Below, piece by piece: positions 39,078 through 51,858 of a stretch of 64,000 nucleotides of DNA. The stretch is from Lytechinus pictus (taxonomy: Eukaryota). The stretch lies in contig NC_087252.1 of assembly GCF_037042905.1 (NCBI RefSeq), forward strand, positions 25,484,001 to 25,548,000. The letters are read 5' to 3'. The notes under the pieces were generated by a model. The model saw nothing but the letters and a program-made list of their open reading frames with translations, made no database searches and was not told where the DNA came from. Each line of letters starts with the position of its first letter. Position 1 is the first letter of the stretch. Made by a program: the position numbers and the translations under genes.

Positions 39078-40085
39078 ATACATGCATATAGAAATAAATA
39101 GAAAAAAAGGGGTAAGCACAAAGGAGGGAGAGATATTCTTAATGCTTATTCATGGTGGGGGGGAGCATTTGTGTAAGTTTTATTATGTGCCTGGCGATTA
39201 AAATGAAAAAAAAAACGCGTTTTCGTGTAATTATTATAACCATATATAGCTCCATGTTATAACAGTAGAAACAAATTAGACATACCCCATTCTTAGCGTC
39301 AAAATCGCTCAGACTGGCGAAATATGCTCCGAAGTGGAGACATTTGCTCCAGGTGAAATTCAACGGTATACCCCACTTTATTTTGTCGAAAACCTGTACT
39401 GTAGTCACGCAAAATGTTTACTGTCGGCAAATTTTGTGCCACACAAACATGACCAAGACATTCAGTAAGTAAAAATAAATATTAAAGAAAATACCAACTT
39501 TTGAAAGGCTACATGTCGTGTCACCTTCTCTTCATGTGTATATGGCCGCCTATGTATTTTCCAAGAATGAACTATATGAGAAGAAAACGTGTGTTCATGT
39601 ACTTATTATCATTGTACCACCATTATCATCATCAGCATCATTATCATCATCTTCATCATCACCATCATTATCATTGTCGTCGTCGTTTTGCTTATGCGGA
39701 AATCAAACAAAAATGATTGTGAAAAGGGTTATGGAGGGAAAGAGAGAGAGAGAGAGAGAAAGAGGGGGAGTGAGTGAGAGCTTGACGAAAAAAGGAGGTG
39801 TATGACTTATTATTTCTGAATATCGCGATTTCTGTTTATTCATGGGATTGAAATAGAAAGATAAACTTAACAAGTTCTTGTCATTATCATTTTTTTTATT
39901 TGATTTACTGATCAGAACATGAGATAAAAAAATCATGAAGACTGTACGTTCTCGACAGTTTTATTAACGTTTTTCAACCAAAGCTTCACTTTAATGACTG
40001 CAAACACCTTCATTTTCACACACTCGCAACTATGGACACAGTATACATGTAATTGAGAGTAGTGTTATTTTCAAAACCTTTCTTA

Positions 40086-41836
40086 TACCCCCATCTCACT
40101 AGATGGCGATTCCACTGCGATCGTCAAAAATCGACAAAGCGTGGTATAACGTAGCTTGATCGTGCCTTGATCTTTTCAATCTTCTCCGTCGTTCCTTGAT
40201 CTTTTCTGAAGCGGCAATGATGGCCACCATCTTTATGGTCGCCACAAAATTTTGAACATGTTCAAAACTTACGTAGCGAGATCGCGGAGGTGCTAAAGCG
40301 CATCACAATCGAGTCATGAGCGTATTACAAACGACATATTCGTAGCTGTAACGGAGCCCCAACGCATAAAGCGTAGTATAAGCGCATTAAAAGCGGCACC
40401 GATCGCCCGTGGTTTCCAGGCCCGTTCCCAAGACAATTCTGCTACGCTGCTTCCGTTTACAAGGCGACTGCCTTGCGCTCGACACGCTTCACACAGCTTC
40501 CACCACGACGCTTCCTTCTTTGGGTGGCATGTGGCACACGTTCTCAGCCCGCTACAGGCGTTCGCGTTGCGCTTTTGCTGCGCCGCTGATGACTGGGCAG
40601 CGATTGCGCAACAACCGTCCGCGCTGCTATAAAACGCCGTGCCGATGGTGGCGGATTATCATATTTGCAACAGATTACGAGGCGATACCACGGCGTTTTC
40701 AAACATACCTCCCAGAAAAAGGACCAGAAAAGGGAAAGCTGCCCAAGCTACCCCTCTTAGGTCGGCGGTCGAAGAGGAAGATCAAGGGGTTATGGTGGTG
40801 GTAGAAGAGGAGGAGGTAGAGGAGGAAGAGGAGGGGGTACAGGAGGAGGATGAAAATCTTACTGCTGAGCCAGCTGGAAAGAGAAAAAAGACGCTCACAT
40901 GTCTTGATGACGAAATGGGTTACCTCTGCAGAAATAAATAAATTGATTATGTTTTGAAAATAAATTGAATTCTAACCACAGTGACAGTAGACAGCATCAA
41001 ATTTTTTTAATGATTCGATCACTAATGTATTGATTGGGAAAGGCAATCTTTAGGGAGATTCTGGCATTGTGCCCCCCTCCCCCTCCCTTTTTATGAGTGC
41101 TCTCACATCAGTAGACTACTTCTTGTCAGCAAATTTGAAAGGAATTTACCAAATATTTTTGAGTGACAAACTTTGTGGAAAAAAATAAACAGAATATCAA
41201 AGATTTTTATGCTCTTTTATGAAATTCTGGATGCATCCCTCATATTAACTATTAGGCTCATCGAAATTTTTTGAATGAAATTTTAAAAATATTGTATATT
41301 ATGACTTAGGTGACAGCCAGGATCGGACCCTGTATTTTTTTGGCCTCCTCCTTCTCCTGTCCTCGCATTTAACTTTTAACTGATGTTCTTTTAGAATGCC
41401 AAGATGTATAAGTCCAACCAAATTCTGGACATCCATGTTGGTCGGAGGTTGGCAATCGACTGAAAAATGTGTCATGTGCCGCGATTAGTATGCCGATTGC
41501 TTGAAATCGTTTCAAGAGCCCATCATGAACGTAACATAATCTCTTCATTCGTAGCACCACCGTACCGAGGTCCTAATTAGCGTATGAGCCTCGTTGTACG
41601 ATCGCTTTGATCGCAGAAGCAGCGCATCACATCTGCCTCGAATCGTCGCAAGAAAGTGGCATCGTCGTACTTTCAGCGTATTACCATCGCCTTCAGCGCA
41701 GGTCGGTCGCATAGAAGTTGCAGTGCAATCGTCTCGCAGGCTAAAAATAGAATTCGAGGAAGATTCTGCTACGATTTGCGGGATTTACACAGATCGCCAT
41801 GGTCGCCACGATCGCCTTCCTAGTGAGATGGGGGCA
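40086..41836. mobile_element. PIF/Harbinger internal-deletion derivative with remnants of two convergent ORFs
   Basis: TIR TACCCCCATCTCACTAG / CTAGTGAGATGGGGGCA flanked by TA. Plus strand has a basic/acidic peptide (PPRKRTRK..EEEEVEEEEE..KRKK, 40705-40915). Minus strand ~41250-41370 has RRRRRPK../RVRSWLS..FKNF..FDE, resembling a Harbinger transposase N-terminus. Confidence 0.75.
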
Positions 41837-42361
41837 TAAGCTGCAATGAATACTGAATCTCATTTCCACAATGTGCATCTGAATGCACAATGCCTGTGTT
41901 TCTAACATGTACCCAAATTACCAAATGTCTAATGAATCAGCAAAATAATCCACATTCTATCATGATCAGCAGGCATAACAGCCTATATACCCTTCAATAC
42001 TTCAATTACAGTTTGTCGAAAGAAATAACACAAAGAAAAAGAAATATATAGAATTGTAACTCTGGTAAATATATCAAAAATATTCAATTAACGCATCGTG
42101 CTCTCATTTCTTTTAAGAGATACCCCCCCCCCAGATATGCTTCATGTTTACAATTTAAAAAAGGCGTATAAATGTCCCCTTTCCATGTCAATAACAGCTC
42201 GTGCTTTGTGCTCGCATTATAAATTCAGTGAGATGCGTATTGGGTCTCATGAATTTGTAACTATATTATTGCTGGTATATATATTATTGTCTTTTAAAAA
42301 TAACATTATTTGTTTAGGCGTAATGAGAGAGATACATACATATATTCATTTATTATAATAT

Positions 42362-43785
42362 TGTTACCCCTCCCTGGGTGGGATGGGCGTTAAACTGTAA
42401 TACTGTAAATAATAATGAAGAGAGAAACAATTGTCAGTCACATGTAGTTTGTATGGGCATCAACAAGGTAATGATCATACGTTTATTAAAAAGAATGTCA
42501 CAAGAACCATGTCAAATAACAATCAATATCAAGGAAATACATTATCTATCAAACTAATTTCTCAACTTATGATTATATTTACTTGTTCCTTATCATACTT
42601 AGATAATAAACGAATGTAACTACTAATCAATACAACTAAACGTCTAACATTCAGTCTAAATTACATGTTAGAATATCTCCTAATTCTTATTAATAATCTC
42701 TAATTCTAATAACCAACATTAAAGAAATAAAGTCTGAACTACTAGACTAAATGATAAGAGAACACATGGCCAATGGATACAGGGGAATACATCCTAAAGC
42801 CTCAGATCTAAACCGTTAAGATGGTCCCTGATTCTTATGGAACTTTTATGTACAAGTCGAGAACTTTCTTTGTTCTGACATCCAAAAAGAATCCCTTGCC
42901 ATTTCTGAGGTGATCCCTTAATTCTCTCTAAGTTAACTCTCTCACTCTTGGAATCACTAACCAATATACACTAACATACTACCACTGTCTTCCAGCATGC
43001 TATATGGCTTAATAACTCCTAATCTACCACTAACTTCTAACATATCTTAAAAGTAAACACAAGTTCCAGGAGTCAAGGTAACAAGCTGAAAGTTGAAGAG
43101 CCTATTTACATAACACGTTGATAACAGATACTTTCTTGAGAAGAACAAAGAACAAGAGTATGCAGTACAGGTATATATATGCCCATGCACCTCTTAGTAA
43201 AGAATCAAATGTTATATACAGTTCAAGTACACATTTAGAAAGAAATGTCAAATTAATTTACTGATCAATACCAATTTCTATTTCTATACCAAAAGCCTCA
43301 GTAACACTATAGCTAATAATATATATGTTCTAACTATTGGTGAATATCTCTGTATTGAGATGTCAGTGATATATAACAGTATACTCTCAATTATAATGTT
43401 CATCCTATCCAATCAGTCTATATACTTTCAGGAAGACATATACAACAAAAGTATCATCACAATCATATTAACAGCATATATCCCTACAACAGTTTTGGGT
43501 AATAATAACAATAAAAATGTATCTTTTCTTACCTGTAAATAATAATGAAGAGAGAAACAATTGTCAGTCACATGTAGTTTGTATGGGCATCAACAAGGTA
43601 ATGATGACCAACCACATGCTTGACAACTGAGATGGAGGTTTTGGGTTGCTCCACTATAAAATAGGGGTGTGCAAGTGTTCTAATTGAGGGTTATATAATA
43701 CACTGAAAATGAATAGATGGTATATGTGAATAAGTAAAGCTGAGTGAATTTTGTAGGGGTGCCCTATCTTTGGAGGGGCCTCACA
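42362..43785 (-). mobile_element. Solo-LTR-like element (TGT...ACA, 4-bp TSD ATAT) with an internal 73-bp perfect direct repeat
   Basis: TGTTACCCCTCC ... GGAGGGGCCTCACA; ATAT at 42358-42361 and 43786-43789; 42403-42475 equals 43533-43605. Confidence 0.7.
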
Positions 43786-45175
43786 ATATATTTATATTGT
43801 CGCTATTGCACAGAATAGAACAAAAATACTACCGAAGTCTAGTTTTATAGTAACTCACCAGTAGCGTAATGAGCCAACAACAAAAAATGGAGGGGGCGAG
43901 ACAAGGATGACATTTATTTTCCTTTCCTTTATTCTTTTTTTTCCATTGGTAGGGAGAATGGGGGGATCCGTGACCCCTAGCACGCCCCTCCCCCATCTGT
44001 ACGCCAGTGATGATCATACTTTCGTTTGAAACAAATTGAAGGAAAAAAGTGCAAGGGTAGATAAGGCCGAAGACGTAAATAAAAATGATTGATAAAAATA
44101 TTAATAATTAACTGATAAATATACAATAAATCAAGCGGTCACCAATAAAAATAAACAACGTGAAAGAACAAAACGAGAAAGAGAGAGAGAGAGCCCGCGC
44201 GAATGTATGGTGTATAAGTTGCTGGAAAGCAGAAGAGATATTGTGTCCAGCACCCCCCCCCCCCCAATTCTCTCCCCGCTCAAGACCGGAGTGAAACCAA
44301 TGATAATAATATAATATAATAAAACAAAAATCCAGATTCACAATTTCAATGGGGAGTGTGTCATTCCCCTTCTCCGTTACAATTTGTCAAGTGGCAACGG
44401 CAGGGAGAACAATTTGTTTTGTTTTTTAAGCAGAAAGCTGTGATGATAGGGGGAGAATAAAATAAATAAAACATTAACGAATAACAAGAACAAAACAACG
44501 ACAAAACAATTTGTATCAGGATGAATTTCTTATCATTTGACATAGACCAACTTGGAGAAATAAGATGTTCATGCAATTGTCGTATAATCGGAGCAGATGT
44601 CGGCGGAGCAAATATCGGCGGAGCAATTGTCGCGGAGCAATTGTCGTATAATCGGAGCAATTTTCGGCGGAGCAAATATCGGCGGAGCAATTGTCGCGGA
44701 GCAATTGTCGTATAATCGGATCAATTTTCGGCGGAGCAAATATCGGTGGAGCAATTGTCGCGGAGCAATTGTCGTATAATCGGAGCAGATGTCGGCGGAG
44801 CAATTATCGGCGGAGCAATTGTCGGCGGAGCAATTTTCGGCGGAGCAGATGTCGGCGGAGCAAGTGTCGACGGAGCACATATCGGCGGAGCAAGTGTCGA
44901 CGGAGCAACTGTCGGCGGAGCAATTGTCTTATTTTGCGTAGCAATTGTCGGCGGAGCAGATGTCGGCGGAGCAATTGTCGGGTCACCATTTTAACAGCTA
45001 AGCTACGAATAAGGGGGTACCTTCGACAGGCTATTGCGGGACTATGCTTTAATGTTCTTGAACGTAATTGCATGCAGCATGGAGAGCAATGCTTCCTCTA
45101 ACTTTTCCAAGAGATTCCATGAACATAAAACTTGCTTTAATATGTAGAAAACGCCCTTTGCCCACAACCCATCTA

Positions 45176-46375
45176 AAGGCCTGGTCACACCGCCCGAGCG
45201 TTGTTGGAGCGGTCGTGGAGCGGTAGGGAGAGAGGGTCGAATTTCGACAACGCTCGTCACCGCTCACAAAATTGGGGGAAAATCGAAAACATGGGTGTTG
45301 CCTCAGCGGTGCACCGCTGAAGCCAGTGTAGCTTTAGCGTTGGTTTAGTGGTGACTCGAGCGTTGATAGAGTGGAGTTCTGCGCATGCGGGCGTCGGCTC
45401 GACGGGGTTTAAAGGTATGGTCCGGGCTGAAAGTATGTATAGCTTGATAAATAGAGTATAATTCACTAAGCAAAATGCCAAAAATTTCATCAAAATCGGA
45501 TAACGAATAACAAGGTTATTGAATTTTAAAGTTTAGCAATATTTTGTGAAAACAGTCGTCATGAATATTTATTAGGTGGACTGATGATGTCACATCTCCA
45601 CTTGTTTTTTTGTAATTTATTATATGAAATGAGGTTTATTCAATTTTTTTCCTCCAAGAACTAGAAAACTTGGATTGACAACTGATTTAGTGCATTAGAT
45701 ATTTATTGCTGCAACTTATCTCATTATAGGAGACATATTATTCACACAAATATGAAATAATGAAAAAAATATGATTTTATGTAATAAGATAACAAAACGG
45801 AAAGTGGAGATGTGACATCATCTGCCCACCTAATAAATATTCATGACGACTGTTTTTACAAAATATTGCTAAACCTTAAACTTCAATAACTTTATTATTT
45901 GTTATCCGATTTTGATAAAATTTTCGGCATGTTGCTCAGTGAATTCTACTCTATGTATTAAGATATAAATATTTTCAGCCCGGATCATCCCTTTAACCCT
46001 ATGATCATGATGACAAAGGGAGTGTAATGTTTAGGCAGCTACTCATTGTACTCGCCACAATTACTCTGGTAGACAAAAGTACATCCCTTCATTGCTATTA
46101 TTTAACAATGAATGGATGAATGCACCGTTCCAGCAATCCCATGTCCGCTCGGAAAACGCTTACAACCGCTCCAACAAAGTTTGAGAACCGTTTAATCACC
46201 AGCCGAGCAACGCTGGCGAAGCAGCGGTTGTCCAGCGTTCAAGATTTCTGCGTTGGCCTAGCGGACCCAAGCGTTCACGAACTTTCGTCTAGCGATGCCA
46301 AACTTTGATTGGGCGTTGTTAGAGCGGTAGTCAACTTTGCTGGAGCGGAAAATTGCCCGCTCCTCACCGCTCGCA
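45176..46375. mobile_element. Harbinger-like non-autonomous element, right end truncated
   Basis: Starts TAA|AGGCCTGGTCACACC. GAGCG/CGCTC-rich subterminal motifs occur at both ends. Confidence 0.5.
45413..45992. mobile_element. Kolobok-type palindromic MITE, TTAA TSD
   Basis: TTAA|AGGTATGGTCCGGGCTGAAA ... TTTCAGCCCGGATCATCCCT|TTAA, with ~200 bp inverted arms. Confidence 0.88.
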
Positions 46376-46389
46376 TTTTAATATTAAAA

Positions 46390-47965
46390 ATGCCCTGACA
46401 GTAATCTGTACAATGTTAATGGGGACAAAAGAACATCACACGAGTGAGTACCAAAATGCATAAGCGAGTGGAACACTGACTAAAACATAAATATAAATGC
46501 AATTTATGTGATAAATGCTATATTTTGACATAAAAAATGGCCGCCATAGGCCCATTATACATTATGTACAATGCGATTGGAGAAATTAATTTTCACAAGA
46601 GTAAGAACTATAAAATACATGTAATTGTGATCTCCGAGTAAAATAATGTCTGAAAACATGTTTCCTAGCGAAACATATTTCTTTTGTCATGCATGAGATA
46701 AATGCTTTATTGTGAAATTCAAAATGGCCCCTATAGGCCCTCACAGTATTATCTACAATGTAAATGGGGACATGTAATTTTGTAAGAATTTGGATTTACT
46801 TGATTATGAAATCCATAAATCCTGTTGTATGATAAAACATTATTTGAAAACATGATTTTTTTAATGAAATATAACATTTCTTCTGCCATGTAAGTGATAA
46901 ATATTTCATTTTGACATTTGAAATAGCTGACATGCCCTAACTATGTTATGTTACATGCGTTTAGGAATCTACTTTTTACAAGAGTGAGAATCATAAAATA
47001 CATATAACTGTGATGTATGAGTAAAAATATTGTCTTAAACATGATTTCTAAATAATACATCACATATTGGTCGTGGAGGTAATAAATGCTGTACTTTGAA
47101 ATTCAAAATGACTGCCATAGGCCTTGAAAGTATTACATGTATGTACATTGTATTTTGGGACATGTAATTTTGACAGAATTTGGCTTTGCTTGACTATAAG
47201 CATTGCATATAATTGTAATGTAAGAGTAAAATATTGTCTAAAACCATGGCTCCTAACGAGGTATATCATATCTGGTGCATTTAAGGTGATAAATGCTGCA
47301 TTCTGAAATGGAAAATTGCCGCCATGGGCCCTTATTGTATCATGTACAATTTGAATGAAGACACATAATTTTCACAAAAGGGCATATGGCGGCCATTTTG
47401 AATTTTGAAATCTAACATTTATCACCTAATTTATAGATGATATGATAAATTTTGTTAGTAATCATGTTTTCAGACAATATTTCACTCATGCAACATCATT
47501 TAGTGAAGAAAAGCCAAAATCTGTTAAAATCATTTGTCCCCATTCACATTGTACATAATATTGTTGGGCCCTGTAGCAGCCATTTTGACTTTCAAAATAC
47601 AGTATTTATCACCTACCTGGCAGAAGAACTGATAGATCTTGTTAGAAATTATGCTTTCAGGCAACATTTATCACAATTATGTGCATTTATGGTGCTCACT
47701 CGTATGAAAATTTATTTCCTAGTTCGCATTGTACATGATACAATCGATGTCTATGGCGGCCATTTTTAAAGTCAAATTACAGTATTAAACACAAACTTTA
47801 AACCTGAATGATACATTTCGTAAAAAAATATGTCTTTTAGACAATATCCCATTTATTCATCACAAATAAATGCATTTCAGTGCTCACTCTTTTGATTTCT
47901 TTGGTCCTTTTTATCATTGTACATAATACTGTGAGGGCCTTTGGCGGCCATGTTGGATATCAAAA
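46390..47965. repeat. Old inverted array of ~185-205 bp subrepeats (foldback-like)
   Basis: AAAATGGCCGCCATAGG-like motifs at ~46536, 46721, 46921, 47105 and 47312 switch to the reverse complement (TATGGCGGCCATTTT) at ~47385, 47575, 47752 and 47941. Confidence 0.75.
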
Positions 47966-47970
47966 TACAT

Positions 47971-50825
47971 TTTACTACGTAAGTCTCCAATTGAGACTAC
48001 ATGTCTCATCGGGAATAATATAAGAGATCCCGCTGATCACGTGTGTGTCAATTCGTTGGCGCGTGTTGTGATCGAGCGGAAAAGATTTTTCGCAGCGTAA
48101 AAAAATCCATAGAATTTCGCGGAAATTATAAATCTTTGGAATTATCAAACTTGAAGGATTTAAAGAATACACGTTCCGCAGGCGTGGCCGTGGAAAAGGA
48201 AAAGGACAAGAATGCGGAAATTTCGAGCATGGAGTTGGAAAGCGTGAGTCTGGCTGACCGTGCTGCGGCGGCCAAGGGGACGACAGGATCGGAGCGCACC
48301 CGGGGAGTTCCGGCGATGCAGAAGCCTAGCGATCGCTCGGCGGTCGCGGCGGCTCGGCCGAAAACGAAGGATGACATTGGAATGGTGAACAATCGTCTCG
48401 ACAGACTCGAAGGCTTACTTTGCCAATTTATGGAGGCTCTTCCCAATAAACAAGATGATATGGCAGGCATGGGACATGCACAGCCAGAGCGACATTTTGA
48501 TCGTGGTCGCAGTGAAACGGCCTCAATTGCAAGTCATACAGAGGGAATCATGGAAGTTGAAGATGAGCGCACAAGTGCAGAGTTGGAGTCTTGCATGGAC
48601 ATGACTGAATCACAAAAAGTTCCAGCTTTTGCTGCTAAATTTGCGGTAGCATCAGACATAGGGCAACCTCTTGAGGAAGAACTGGCTAACTCGGTGAATT
48701 ACTTAATGAGCCATCACTTGGAGGAAAAAGTGCTGGATGAGACCAGCAGCAAATATCCATGCCCGTCAAACTGCAGAGTCATTGACACCACAGGCGTAAA
48801 TCCCGGGGGGATGGGGGGATATATCCCCCCCCCCCACTTTTCGAGGAGGGGGGATGGCCTGTACAATTAAACATCCCCCCCCCACTTTTTACGAAAGAAA
48901 TGGAAAAAAAAATCACAAGAGATAATTGTTTTATTGGTAAAAATTCTTCCTAAAATACCGCTTAACAAATAAAACAATATTATTGATTCATAAAATGCAA
49001 ATAAAGAGCCAGTTCACCATTTCCAAACGAAATTAGTGTAACATTGAAGAGAAACACCCGTTTCTTCCAATTCATCAATGTTAAGGTCTTTGGGAAGGGA
49101 TTGAGATGGAATGTCAAAAAAAATTGAATGTAATCTCTAATAAAACCATTAAACCATCATGGGATAAAAAAGATAATGATATTGGAGGGGTATTTGCCAT
49201 ATGGACATACAGTGGCGTAACTACGGGGGGCATGGGGGGCACATACCCCCCCCCCCATCGGCTGACAAAAAAAAACAGGGAAAAGGGAAAGGAGAAAAGA
49301 GGGAGAAAGGAAGAGATACGTAGTGGGAAAAAAGAAAATATTATTCATTATAATATTATATTATGTTATATAATTATGTTATGTTACATTACATAAGAAA
49401 CATTTTTATCATAACTTTATGAAACATAATTTGCCCAGGGCCTACGTCTTCATTGTTCCTAGTGCTCACATTGTCTGTTTAACGAGGTATATAATCCTGT
49501 TGTACTAAAACATCCCGTTTTCAAGTCAATATAAACCAAATATATTTCCTAGCACTTGAGTTATCATTGTTTTATGTAGTGACATTTGCTTCTTTTACAT
49601 GACTCAAAAAGTGATTGCCCCATGTTAAGGTCTTCGCATGTCCGTGATTACGTTCGCATTAGTGGATTGGTGAGATATGTCTGCTCTTCATGAATTCCTA
49701 AAATCAGTCCTTAAAATGTCCCTTCTTCTGATCTGAATATCAAAAATTTTCGGCTCGCGCTTCGCGCTCACATCATTTGGTTAATGCAATACGTATGGTC
49801 CTAGTTAATTCCTACAAAGAAACCTTAGAATGCCCCACTTCATGTCTGAATTATCTAAATTTTCAGCTCGCGCTTCGCGCTCACAATATTTGATTAGTGA
49901 GATGCGTATGATAATCATGATTGCAATGACTACAAAAAGTGTTTCATGTGTTCAGATGTAATTCTAATAAAATCAGCAAGCGCTTGGCACTCACATTAGA
50001 TGACTATGGTGAGATATGCATATTCTTGATGGATTCCTAAAATCTATTCCTTAAAATCTCGCTGTTTGGGGTCAAAATATACGAAAATTTCAGCTTGCGC
50101 TTCGCGCTCGCATTGTTTAGCAAGACAGGTACCTATCATGATTACACAAATTTGATTATGATGTCCCTTTTTAGGTCTGAATATGAAAAATTTCAGCTCG
50201 CGCTTCGCGCTCGCATTATTTGATCAGTGAACTACATATCTGTTTAATGGCATTGTCCTTAAAATGCCATCAACACGGATTTACGCCAGTGATTGGCACG
50301 CCGAAAGTTAATCAGACAATTTGGGACAATTTGTCTGCCTCTGTTCGTACCAAGGATGTCAAACTTCAGAGGGTCCAAAAATCTCTTACGAGGTGCATCT
50401 CGGCTTACGTCAGTCTTCTTGATCCAAATAACATGTCTTCTGAACAGCAGGATGTGTTGGCATTGTTATGCAATGATAATTTTTTAGATGAATGCCCTCC
50501 GCAAAGAACTGATAAAGCCAGATCTTAACACAAAGTTTACTCATCTTTGTAAGCCCACAAACCCAGTAACAAAGTACTTATTCGGAGATGATCTGGGCAA
50601 GCAGGTGAAAGACTTGCAAGACCAGCATAAAGTGGCAGCTGGAGTCATGAAAGGTGGTTATAAAAAACCAAAACCATCATATAGACCCTATCCTAGCCAA
50701 GGGCATGAACGTAGATATAAGGAAGCTGGTTGGACGTCGCGGACATCCTACTCTGACTCACCATGCAGGGAGAGCGTCAAGACCTTTTTTAGGACAGCGA
50801 ACTCAGTGGAGGAGAAGAGCTCCAC
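47971..50825 (+). mobile_element. DIRS-type (tyrosine-recombinase class) retrotransposon, 5' part with Gag-like ORF1 split by an insertion
   Basis: ORF 48043-48788 (..KYPCPSNCRVIDT) continues at 50300 (PKVNQTIWDNL..D.KLQRVQK..R.ELIKPDLN..LFGDDL). Begins TTTACTACGTAAG. Confidence 0.8.
48789..50291. mobile_element. hAT-like non-autonomous element, 8-bp TSD
   Basis: CACAGGCGTAAATCC ... GGATTTACGCCAGTG; ATTGACAC/ATTGGCAC flanks (1 mismatch). Its removal restores the Gag frame. Confidence 0.88.
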
Positions 50826-51858
50826 TATGGAAGGCCGATAGTGCCAAAAACGTGAACTACCATACGTATGCTCAAAAAAGAGTACGTGTTCTTTGTTAAG
50901 AGTACGTGTTCTCCGTTAAGAGTACGTGTGCTCTAATGGACCAATCAGCGAGCTTGATTTGGGTTTTATGCACGCGTATGCTTGTACCATACGTCAGCTT
51001 GTAGCATACGTATGGTGTATACCATACGTATGGTTATTTAGCGAAAAGCATACGTATGCGCAGACTTTGGGTGAATTGTTTGTGACCGTCCAATCAGAAA
51101 CTCCGTTAAAGCAGATCCTGAGCCAAACTCACTGTACTGAATGCACGTGGTCGTCCGTGTCTGCCGCTGAACCACTGAACTACCACTAGGTAGTGTGTGT
51201 GTGTGTAGGGGGATATACATAGGGTGTGTCAGAATTGATGTCCCCCCCCAAAAAAAAAAAAAAAGTGTAGGTTGCAGGCTAGAACTTAGTGGAGGAAAGA
51301 TTTTATGCAAACAATTTATGCCCTATTCATCTCTGTACTCTTGAGGATACCTCGGCTGTTACTGGATGAAAATTCACCGGATTTTTGCTGTTTTACAACA
51401 CTACTCGAATTGTGATTAAATCTAACTATACCGGAAGTACCTTATAATTTAAGGATAGCCCACCGTTTCTCAATTGGATTAAGGTCTGGTGAATTACCTG
51501 GGCACTCTTGTTTCTATATCAAAATACTGGAAAGTTGTTCTTCTACCAGTCCTAGGTCAGTTTGTAGTATGGGTTTAGGCTCCACCATGCATAATTATGA
51601 TGAAGACGGTGGTATATCATGTGCGTATTCTGGAGGGATTGGGGCTTTAGGGGCCCTGGCCCCCGGGGTAGTAGGCGTGAAGGAGGCGGTAAAAAAGGAA
51701 AAGGAAAGAAGAAAAAAAGGGAGAGAAAAAAGAGGGAAAAGCCGGGGAAGATAGAGAGAAGAAAAACAAGGAGAAGGAAGGGGTCGAAAGGGGGGGGGGG
51801 AAGAGAGAAAAAAGGGGAAAAAGGAAGAGAGAGAGGGGCGCAAAATTGAGCTGTAATG

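Larger units (their letters stand above)
38304..44987. mobile_element. TU-like foldback transposon: inverted arms of 15-bp tandem repeats, 8-bp TSD
   Basis: (TGCTCCGCCGACAAT)n at 38310-38775 and its reverse complement at 44573-44980. GG..CC termini. ATTTTAAC at 38296-38303 and 44988-44995. Confidence 0.9.

Noticed and set aside
39501..39805. His-rich or Ser-rich small ORFs
   Set aside because: Derived from (CAT)n and (GA)n microsatellites.
48043..48870. 275-aa ORF as a host gene
   Set aside because: Continues across a TSD-flanked insertion into DIRS Gag-like sequence; its C-terminus is insertion read-through.
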